Below, in pieces: positions 56,599 through 64,000 of a stretch of DNA of 64,000 nt. The translations under genes were made by a program, and so were the position numbers. The stretch covers positions 1 to 64,000 of the IMG/VR virus record IMGVR_UViG_3300020810_000992, one strand, 5' to 3'. Within the stretch, counting starts at the first letter, position 1, and each line of letters opens with the position of its first letter. The notes below the pieces were generated by a model, which saw nothing but the letters and a program-made list of their open reading frames with translations, was not told the DNA's origin and searched no databases. This DNA comes from a virus.

Positions 56599-57118
56599 TA
56601 TTTACGGTACTGAGAAAATCGGATGCAATGCAATCTTTCGAGATGTATATACCGATTATCTAGTTTGCTGTGACAAACGGATGGTAACACAAGCTATTGC
56701 ACACGGACATCCCGATATATACACTAGACAACGTTGGGCACACGATTTTAACAGTGACAGTGTACATTCACTTCCAGACTTAATAGAACATGGAAAAGAA
56801 CGAAAGGACGACCCCTTTCATTGGGGTAGCGGTCCATATGCAATATTACTTGGCGCTACTATGGATACTAATATTCAAATAGTTGGATTTGATCTATACG
56901 GCATAAACGGTAAAGTAAATAATATATACAGTGATACATCAGGATACAGTCCTAGTAACACTACAGCAGTAGACCCAAGCTACTGGGAATACCAAATTTC
57001 AAAAGTATTCAACTGGTTTCCTAATACACACTTCAGAATATATAACACAGAAGATTGGTTACTTCCAAAAAGTTGGAATTTGACTAATGTTTCACTTGAC
57101 AAGTTGAGTAATTTATAA
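56549..57118 (+). CDS. DUF115/MptE-like Rossmann-fold protein
   Basis: IIGNGTSR...GCNA...WGSGPYA...I.IVGFD. Confidence 0.65.
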   Translation: MLIIGNGTSRQTVNLNNIYGTEKIGCNAIFRDVYTDYLVCCDKRMVTQAIAHGHPDIYTRQRWAHDFNSDSVHSLPDLIEHGKERKDDPFHWGSGPYAILLGATMDTNIQIVGFDLYGINGKVNNIYSDTSGYSPSNTTAVDPSYWEYQISKVFNWFPNTHFRIYNTEDWLLPKSWNLTNVSLDKLSNL

Positions 57119-57199
57119 TATAATAAGTAGTATTAATAAACAAGGACTTGGCGTCAACCCTTCTAATTCTGCCGCCACATATTTAATAGGAGAAAATAT

Positions 57200-57649
57200 A
57201 TGGCAAGACATCTAAGTACAAAACACTACGGACACAACATTGGCTTATCGGCAGTGTTCCGTCAACCTAACGCAGATCACTCACACTGTCATTTGCTACA
57301 TGGTTATAGTCTAGCATTTACATTTACATTCGGATGTGATGAACTAGACAATAAAAACTGGGCAGTTGACTTTGGTGGACTAAAACCTTTAAAGGCTTGG
57401 TTAGAAGATAGTTTCGATCACAAAGTAGCAGTTGATGTTAATGATCCTCACATGGATACATTAAAAGATCTTGAAGAAAAGGGTCTAGCAGAACTACGTA
57501 TCTTTGACGGCGTTGGTGCAGAAAAATTTGCAGAACATGCATTTAATTTTGCAGACAAACTAATCCGCGAAAAGACAAACAATCGTTGTTATTGTGTAAG
57601 AGTAGAATGTGCCGAACACGGCGCCAACTCAGCTATCTACGAGGTATAA
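57200..57649 (+). CDS. queD: 6-carboxy-tetrahydropterin synthase (QueD/PTPS family)
   Basis: HSHCHLLHGY, VDFGGLK.LK.WLED.FDHK, E...NSAIY. Confidence 0.85.
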   Translation: MARHLSTKHYGHNIGLSAVFRQPNADHSHCHLLHGYSLAFTFTFGCDELDNKNWAVDFGGLKPLKAWLEDSFDHKVAVDVNDPHMDTLKDLEEKGLAELRIFDGVGAEKFAEHAFNFADKLIREKTNNRCYCVRVECAEHGANSAIYEV

Positions 57650-57653
57650 TCAT

Positions 57654-58538
57654 TTGGTTAAGAAGTACATCGAAGGCGAGACTAAAGACGATCGTAAGGC
57701 TCGTAAAGAAGCTGAAAAATTACGTAAAGAACAGGAGAAGACGCAGAAAAGTGTCCAACCTGTTCAAGATTTGCCGCAGAAAAATGCGGAACCTCAACCC
57801 GTTGTACAAATACCAAACGAACTAAAAGATACTAAAACATACGTTGTTTGTCTTAAACATGGATCAAAGTATAGTTCAGAATACGTAAACAAACTCTATA
57901 ATATGGTAAAACGACACACTACGTTGCCATATGAGTTTGTTTGTTTTACAGATGATGTACGAGGAATAGACTCACATATCCGTACAATTAATTTACAACA
58001 GATAGGTGTACATGGTTGGTGGTATAAAGTTATTTTCTTTGATAAAAATTTTCCGCTAAACGGAAATATCTTATATTTTGATTTAGATATTGTAATTAAT
58101 GCTAATATTGATAAACTGTTTATGCATAATATTGATGACTTTGTAATTTGTAGAGACTTTAATCGTTCTCTACGTAAAGACTGGGCCCAAATGAACAGTA
58201 GTATCTTTAGATTAAAATCAGGTAGTATGGGATATGTATACGATGATTTTGTAAAAGACCATGATATGATTATGCGTAGGTTACATGGAGATCAAGACTG
58301 GATTATGGCAAAAGTATATCCTGAAAAAGGAAAATGGAGTTACTGGCCTGATGAGTGGATTCAAAGTTATAAGTGGGAAATGCGAGATAGAGCCGATCTA
58401 GCAAAAATTGGTAACATACGAAATTTTACAAAGAAGGCAGAACCAAAAATTTTGCCTAAAACCTGTGTTGCTGTATTTCATGGTGAACCTCATCCGCATC
58501 AGTGTGAAGATGATTGGGTTAAGGAGAACTGGAAATAA
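57654..58538 (+). CDS. glycosyltransferase-like protein
   Basis: CLKHGSKY..EYVNKL...FVCFTDD...GWW.K...YFDLD...NSSI...GDQDWI...FHGEP; probable TTG start. Confidence 0.8.
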   Translation: MVKKYIEGETKDDRKARKEAEKLRKEQEKTQKSVQPVQDLPQKNAEPQPVVQIPNELKDTKTYVVCLKHGSKYSSEYVNKLYNMVKRHTTLPYEFVCFTDDVRGIDSHIRTINLQQIGVHGWWYKVIFFDKNFPLNGNILYFDLDIVINANIDKLFMHNIDDFVICRDFNRSLRKDWAQMNSSIFRLKSGSMGYVYDDFVKDHDMIMRRLHGDQDWIMAKVYPEKGKWSYWPDEWIQSYKWEMRDRADLAKIGNIRNFTKKAEPKILPKTCVAVFHGEPHPHQCEDDWVKENWK

Positions 58539-58836
58539 TGTGGACTTTACTTATTGTTAGTATGGTATTTGCAACAGATGATACTATGGAACCTCGTGTA
58601 GCTGAATACGGCCGGTACGAAACTAAACAAGAATGTTTTGCTGAATGGTACAAGGTAAGTTCAGAATTTACACAAGGCGAAACAGCATGGTGTGAAGGAA
58701 TAGACAATGGATGATTTGGATAACAAGGTAGACATTTGGGAACACCGAAATCTACAAGGCGAAGTCTGGGAACTACAGCGCAAACTTGAAAAACTTCGCG
58801 AAGAGTTTAACGAGTTTAAAAATAGGTTAACTGGCG

Positions 58837-59550
58837 ATGGAAAATAAATTTATATTTGATGTAGACGGCACATTAACCCCAAGCCGTCGTGGAATGGATG
58901 CAGAGTTTCAAAATTTCTTTTTAGATTTTTGTTATGCTAACAAGGTTTACCTTATTACAGGAAGTGACAATCCTAAAACTGTAGAGCAAGTTGGTGAAGA
59001 TGTTGCTACAGCAGTACAGCGAATTTATAACTGTAGTGGAAATGATATATGGGAAGCCGGTGTTAACGTACACACTAGTGAATGGAATCTACCTGAAGAT
59101 CCTCATCAATGGTTATCAAAAATATTAAGTGAAAGTCAGTTTTCTTTAAGAACAGGCTTACACTTTGAACATCGTCCTGGTATGGTAAATTTTTCAATTG
59201 TAGGACGTAATGCTAACAACGAACAGCGTAAAATGTATGTTGCATGGGATGAAAAGTATAACGAGCGTAATAATATTGCAGGTCAGTTTAATGCTATCTT
59301 TCCAGAACTAGAAGCTCGTCCGGGAGGAGAAACAGGCATTGATATTGCCCCAAAAGGAGCGGATAAAAGCCAAATTGTAAAAGATTTTAGTACAACAGAT
59401 GTATTACATTTCTTTGGCGATCGGATGGACAAAGATGGTAATGATTATCCTTTGAAGAAAGTAATCATTGACAATGATCTAGGAATTTGCTATAATGTAA
59501 ACAGTTGGTTAGAAACTTTTAAAATTTTGGAAAAGATACATTATGATTAA
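58837..59550 (+). CDS. HAD-superfamily phosphomannomutase-like hydrolase
   Basis: FDVDGTLTPSR, TGSD, EHRPGMVNFSIVGR, GGETGIDI, FFGD...GNDYPL. Confidence 0.88.
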   Translation: MENKFIFDVDGTLTPSRRGMDAEFQNFFLDFCYANKVYLITGSDNPKTVEQVGEDVATAVQRIYNCSGNDIWEAGVNVHTSEWNLPEDPHQWLSKILSESQFSLRTGLHFEHRPGMVNFSIVGRNANNEQRKMYVAWDEKYNERNNIAGQFNAIFPELEARPGGETGIDIAPKGADKSQIVKDFSTTDVLHFFGDRMDKDGNDYPLKKVIIDNDLGICYNVNSWLETFKILEKIHYD

Positions 59551-60631
59551 ACGTATAGGCTTTGCTTGCAAATATATGCATCCGGATCAGACGCAGAAGA
59601 AGAAACTACTAGAAGAAATTCAACGACCATTGAACACACGTAGCACCACAGTGCAATGGTTAAATAGACAAACAAGAGATGTTGCAGAAGAACGCTTGTG
59701 GGACATCATGGTGCATAACATTCAGTCATACTACAACTTGATTGAATACGTAGGGAGTTTACCTGATGAATTACGAATGGTACGATTGGGCAGTGATGTC
59801 CTTCCTGTATACACTCAGTCTGACTGGTGCTATTACTGGAAACGTAGTGATGTGGTCAGCTATTGCGAAAAGCATTTCGCAAGGGTCGGCGCCCTCGCTA
59901 GAACGCTTGATGTTCGCTTGTCTATGCATCCTGGGCAGTTTACTGTTTTGGCTAGCGACAACGAAGATATAGTAGATAGGAGCATAGAAGAATTTGAATA
60001 TCACACCGATGTCATCCGCTGGATGGGCTATGGACAGTCATTCCAAGACTTTAAATGCAATGTACACATATCGGGTCGAAAAGGTCCACAAGGCATCATC
60101 GACGCACTTAAAAGACTCTCGCCTGAAGCAAGAAACACCATCACAATCGAAAACGACGAAAACAAGTGGGGACTCGAACACAGCCTCGAACTTGCAGACC
60201 ACTGCGCACTCGTGCTTGACATACACCATCACTGGTGCCGTGAAGGTGAATACATTCAGCCTACCGACGATAGATTTGCTCGCGTAATTGACAGCTGGCG
60301 TGGTGTGCGTCCTGCAATTCACTACAGTGTTAGTAGAGAAGACTTGCTGGACAGACACGCTAAAGGTAAAAAGCCTAACATGAAGTCATTACTAGAGCAA
60401 GGATTTAAGAAAGCAAAACTACGAGCTCACAGTGATTACATGTGGAACCGTGCTGTTAACGACTGGGCATTAGGATTTAACAACTATGCAGATATTATGG
60501 TAGAGTCAAAGTGTAAGAATCTAGCCAGTATTGCACTACATAAATATAAAACACAAGGAGAACACAAATGGTCAAAAAATGGATTACAGCAAGACTCAGT
60601 GAAAGAACCACTCTTGACGGAGCAATTTTAA
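59543..60631 (+). CDS. uvsE: UV damage endonuclease
   Basis: RIGFAC, RLSMHPGQFTVLAS, TIENDE, VLDIHHH, HYS, RAHSD, DIMVESK.K. Confidence 0.93.
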   Translation: MIKRIGFACKYMHPDQTQKKKLLEEIQRPLNTRSTTVQWLNRQTRDVAEERLWDIMVHNIQSYYNLIEYVGSLPDELRMVRLGSDVLPVYTQSDWCYYWKRSDVVSYCEKHFARVGALARTLDVRLSMHPGQFTVLASDNEDIVDRSIEEFEYHTDVIRWMGYGQSFQDFKCNVHISGRKGPQGIIDALKRLSPEARNTITIENDENKWGLEHSLELADHCALVLDIHHHWCREGEYIQPTDDRFARVIDSWRGVRPAIHYSVSREDLLDRHAKGKKPNMKSLLEQGFKKAKLRAHSDYMWNRAVNDWALGFNNYADIMVESKCKNLASIALHKYKTQGEHKWSKNGLQQDSVKEPLLTEQF

Positions 60632-60735
60632 TCGGCGCAGGCGTAGCGTTCTTAATCTTTAAACCAATTGCAAGCCTAGTAGCATACGGTGCTATTGCTT
60701 ACGGTGCTTGGACAATCTACAAAAGAGAAGACTAA
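60568..60735 (+). CDS. 55-aa two-TM membrane protein (holin-like; not in ORF track)
   Basis: TAAATA and RBS AAGGAG; MVKKWITARLSERTTLDGAILIGAGVAFLIFKPIASLVAYGAIAYGAWTIYKRED. Confidence 0.75.
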   Translation: MVKKWITARLSERTTLDGAILIGAGVAFLIFKPIASLVAYGAIAYGAWTIYKRED

Positions 60736-61019
60736 AGTTTATCAATTGTAGTGTCAACATCAACTGACAAATCAAGTCTTTTACGTTGCTCAACACCTTT
60801 ACGTTGAGCAAATCGTTTAGGATCGCAATCAGGGCAAACGTGGATATAGAAGTCGTCTAATCGCTTCGGGTCCACTTTGCCCTTTTCTCTTTTAAACTCT
60901 TGATGACAGTCATCGCATTCAAAGACAGCATAACTACGTAGTCGCTTGTAAGGATGAGTCTTTCCCTTCTTACTTTTGCGCACATAAAATCTAATTTCTT
61001 TTTCTATTCTTTTGAACAT
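60732..61019 (-). CDS. zinc-ribbon protein
   Basis: CDDC...CPDC; ATG 4 nt after a minus-strand TAAATA. Confidence 0.7.
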   Translation of the reverse strand: MFKRIEKEIRFYVRKSKKGKTHPYKRLRSYAVFECDDCHQEFKREKGKVDPKRLDDFYIHVCPDCDPKRFAQRKGVEQRKRLDLSVDVDTTIDKL

Positions 61020-61078
61020 ATTGTATTTATTTACGTTCGGATTATAGAATATAACATAAATACATAGGAGTAAGTTAA

Positions 61079-61402
61079 ATGAGCATAGTAAAATTAACAG
61101 ACGAAGCAATAAATCAGATGAGCACCATGCTTAAAGAGCATGATAGAGGTGCTATTAGACTAAGCATGCAAGGCGGCGGATGTGCTGGTTTTAAGTATAA
61201 CTGGGAATTAGAAGATGCTCCTGACGAAAACGATGAAGTAATTGACTTACCAGATGGGAAATTTGTAATTGACAAGGCGAGCATAATGTTTTTGTTAGGC
61301 TCAACAATAGATTACAAAAAAGAAGTATTTGGTTCGTACTTCGATATAAAGAACCCTGCAAGCACCAGTAGTTGTGGTTGCGGTGAAAGCGTAGGATTTT
61401 AA
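61079..61402 (+). CDS. Fe-S cluster assembly accessory protein (IscA/HesB)
   Basis: GGGCAGF.Y and NP....CGCGES. Confidence 0.95.
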   Translation: MSIVKLTDEAINQMSTMLKEHDRGAIRLSMQGGGCAGFKYNWELEDAPDENDEVIDLPDGKFVIDKASIMFLLGSTIDYKKEVFGSYFDIKNPASTSSCGCGESVGF

Positions 61403-61405
61403 TCA

Positions 61406-64000
61406 ATGGCAAAACAAGATATTTACTTAGGTGTTGAGGGTAACGACGGTACTGGTGATAGTATTCGCGAATCGTTTCGTAAAGCAAATGAAAACTTTAC
61501 AGAACTTTATGCTGTCTTTGGACAGGGCGGAACTATTAGTTTTACTGCACTAAACGATACTCCAACAGCAATTACACCGAGCGGATTACTAATTGGTAAC
61601 ACTGCTGGTACAGAATTAGTACAAAAAACTCTTACAGCAGGCGACGGTATTAGCATTGACAATTCAAGTTCAAGTAATATTACTATTACTAATACAGGTG
61701 CAAATATTAACGCTGACACTAGTCCAATTTTAGGTGGACCTCTCAGTGGCAACAGAGTTTATTCTATTGGACTAATTGCAACATCACCAGAGGCTATTGC
61801 AGAATTTAATACTACACATGGTTCGAGCATTACTATTGATGATCTTGTTACAGACAAAAAATTCCAAGATCAATACTACGCACCAAATGTAACATTTGAA
61901 CCAAATAAATCTGTTCTTGCACGTCAAGAACCTTCTAACGCTAGTGAATATCAAAAAACAATTAGTGAGTACAGAGGCGGAAATCTTGTAATTAATGATC
62001 ACGGTCTAGATTGGAGTGCAAACGGAACTAAATGGCGCTACTCTACAACTGGAACTCCTCCAGGAGGACTGACAAACAATACTGATTACTTTATTCGTTT
62101 TGTAAATGAAGATCAAGTTAGTATTCATGCAACAAAAGAAGAAGCACAAAATAACAATGATACATCAAGACAAGCAGTTAGCATTGCACTTGGTGTAACT
62201 ACACAACCAAATGGTCAAGACTTTATTAAAGATATTACATACGATGAATCGCTATACGGATTTTACAAAGATGACGAAGCACTTCCACGTAAAAATGTAG
62301 TTAGACGTCAAGGTGATAAAATGGAAGGTGCTCTATACCTTCATGATCATCCCGGAGATTTGTCAGGAGTTGACACAGGAAATGCTGAAGACTTGCAAGC
62401 CGCAAGTAAATTATACGTAGACAATACATCATATGCATCAACTGAAGATTTATTTGTTACTAAACAAGGCGATGACACACAAGCACGTACTCCAGTAGGC
62501 CTTGAAGGTCGCGGACTTAGTTATGCTTATGGCAGTTTAAAGGCAGCGTGTTTAAAAGCACAAGAAATTGTAGAAACTGCTCCAATTGAACCAGGTGCAT
62601 ATAGACAAACAATTACATATGACGATGGTAAAGGAGTGTCCCTAGTAGTTGCAGAAGGAACTACTAACTTAAACACTTCTGCAGAAAATGCAATTACGTA
62701 CCTAAGAAAAAATAAATTATTCATACAAAAAGCAATCATTGATTATGTAAACGATACATTCCCAAGTCTTTCATATCAAGCAACTAATGTTATTAATCCA
62801 AGTACCGAATCAATTCTTTTTAGAAATAAAGAATTTATTATGGAAGAAGTTAAAGCATGGATTAACCATAATATTGGTAATGCTAGTGTTGGTACACTAT
62901 GGTATGACTTTAGATATAATAGTGCTAAATGTAAACGAGATGTAGGCTATATTGTTGATGCTTGGATTAACGACTTGTCAAAAGGTGGCAACATTGAAAC
63001 ACGCAGAGTTGCATCTAGTTATCTAGCTGGATTAAGAAATGCTGTAGGTAGATCAGATAATCTAAGCAACACTCAAGATCAAATTGCACAAACAAATGCC
63101 GCAATTGAATTTGCTAGAGATCTTGTAAAGCAATATGTTCTTACAAATACAGCATATACTCCTAAACAAGGAACATTTGTTGTTGATGCAAATAACTTAA
63201 CAGCAGTTAGTTTTGAATTTTATATTGGTTCGTCATCTAAAGTACATACATATGTGAACGGCGGACTAGTAAATGGTAACTTAAATGTAAGCAACTTTAC
63301 TTACGATAACGTTACTGGTATTGCTACACTGACAACTACAACCAACCACGGATTTAGTGCAGGTGACGTTGTTTCAATAAGCGGAATTAATATCAGTTGT
63401 ACAGATGGCAACTTAGTTTATCCAGAGAGCTTCTTACAAGATACTACCAACGGATATATTGTAGAATCAGGATCTGGAAACAAAGATGTTATCGGAAGAG
63501 CTGATATACTTACAACGACAATTACTGATGTAATTTCAAATGGTTTAACTGCTCTAGCAAATCCAATAGGAACAGAATTGCCAGGCACTACCTGTGAGCG
63601 TGATGTTGGATTAATGATCGAAGGAATGATCCTCGATATTGGAAATGGAACAAATGCTAATATCAATGCACTACAATCAGCACTAAGATATTTTAATAGT
63701 CCATCTGGTGCAAAGGCAAGAATTACACAAGGTGTTGAAACAAGAGCCGCTATTGCTAAATTAAAACAAATTGTTAATCAAGTTATTAGTAACGTTGATT
63801 TGCTAACACAGTCTAAAAGATTTGCTGTTACTCCAAATAATCTAGCAACTAATACGTTCGAAGTAAATGTTGGAGTGTCAACCGTCGTTCATACATATGT
63901 AACCGGCGGTACTATTACATTTGGCGGTAATACATTTGATGTAAGCAACTTTGCATACAACAACATAACAGGATTAGCTGTAGTTACTACAACTACTGCA
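61406..64000 (+). CDS. large baseplate/tail structural protein (truncated by window end)
   Basis: MAKQDIYLGVEGNDGTGDSIRESFRKANENFTELY (T4 gp9/gp10-like N-terminus); repeated C.RDVG and HTYV.GG units; frame appears open to the window end. Confidence 0.85.
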   Translation, partial: MAKQDIYLGVEGNDGTGDSIRESFRKANENFTELYAVFGQGGTISFTALNDTPTAITPSGLLIGNTAGTELVQKTLTAGDGISIDNSSSSNITITNTGANINADTSPILGGPLSGNRVYSIGLIATSPEAIAEFNTTHGSSITIDDLVTDKKFQDQYYAPNVTFEPNKSVLARQEPSNASEYQKTISEYRGGNLVINDHGLDWSANGTKWRYSTTGTPPGGLTNNTDYFIRFVNEDQVSIHATKEEAQNNNDTSRQAVSIALGVTTQPNGQDFIKDITYDESLYGFYKDDEALPRKNVVRRQGDKMEGALYLHDHPGDLSGVDTGNAEDLQAASKLYVDNTSYASTEDLFVTKQGDDTQARTPVGLEGRGLSYAYGSLKAACLKAQEIVETAPIEPGAYRQTITYDDGKGVSLVVAEGTTNLNTSAENAITYLRKNKLFIQKAIIDYVNDTFPSLSYQATNVINPSTESILFRNKEFIMEEVKAWINHNIGNASVGTLWYDFRYNSAKCKRDVGYIVDAWINDLSKGGNIETRRVASSYLAGLRNAVGRSDNLSNTQDQIAQTNAAIEFARDLVKQYVLTNTAYTPKQGTFVVDANNLTAVSFEFYIGSSSKVHTYVNGGLVNGNLNVSNFTYDNVTGIATLTTTTNHGFSAGDVVSISGINISCTDGNLVYPESFLQDTTNGYIVESGSGNKDVIGRADILTTTITDVISNGLTALANPIGTELPGTTCERDVGLMIEGMILDIGNGTNANINALQSALRYFNSPSGAKARITQGVETRAAIAKLKQIVNQVISNVDLLTQSKRFAVTPNNLATNTFEVNVGVSTVVHTYVTGGTITFGGNTFDVSNFAYNNITGLAVVTTTTA

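Noticed and set aside
1-64000. CRISPR array, rRNA, integrase/transposase, reverse transcriptase or introns
   Set aside because: No regularly spaced repeats or recognisable motifs seen; nrdA, nrdB and ligase appear uninterrupted
1-64000. Stop-codon reassignment (alternative genetic code)
   Set aside because: Known genes are full length in the standard code, TAA, TAG and TGA all end genes, and no suppressor tRNA is present

Overview
A 64 kb, AT-rich, almost entirely plus-strand segment of a large T4-like/jumbo dsDNA bacteriophage genome. The host is probably a marine alphaproteobacterium; this is inferred from a circularly permuted two-piece tmRNA, a hemO-pcyX pair, a ROSE-like thermometer and an alpha-type NifU. 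The window holds putative head/internal and tail/baseplate proteins, class Ia ribonucleotide reductase, DNA ligase and UV endonuclease. It also holds many auxiliary genes (guaC, queD, bS21, ClpP/ClpS/Hsp20, NifU/IscA, peroxiredoxin, 2OG-Fe oxygenases), a curli-like CsgF/CsgG-curlin-FecR-CHASE2 cyclase module, an aerolysin-like protein and five tRNAs. The most striking signal is non-coding: a complete leader-peptide transcription attenuator (22-aa leader with Cys-Trp-Cys codons; 1:2, 2:3 and 3:4 hairpins) directly upstream of the phage tRNA-Trp and tRNA-Cys genes, suggesting on-demand supply of exactly the tRNAs it senses. Other candidates are a tRNA-Ser with an unusual ACU anticodon near a deaminase, a glutamine (glnA-type) riboswitch before a 32-aa basic peptide, an antisense hairpin against the RBS of the adjacent gene, an A_AAA_AAG -1 frameshift, nested overlapping genes and leaderless late mRNAs. 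All protein assignments come from motif recognition by eye, not database searches.
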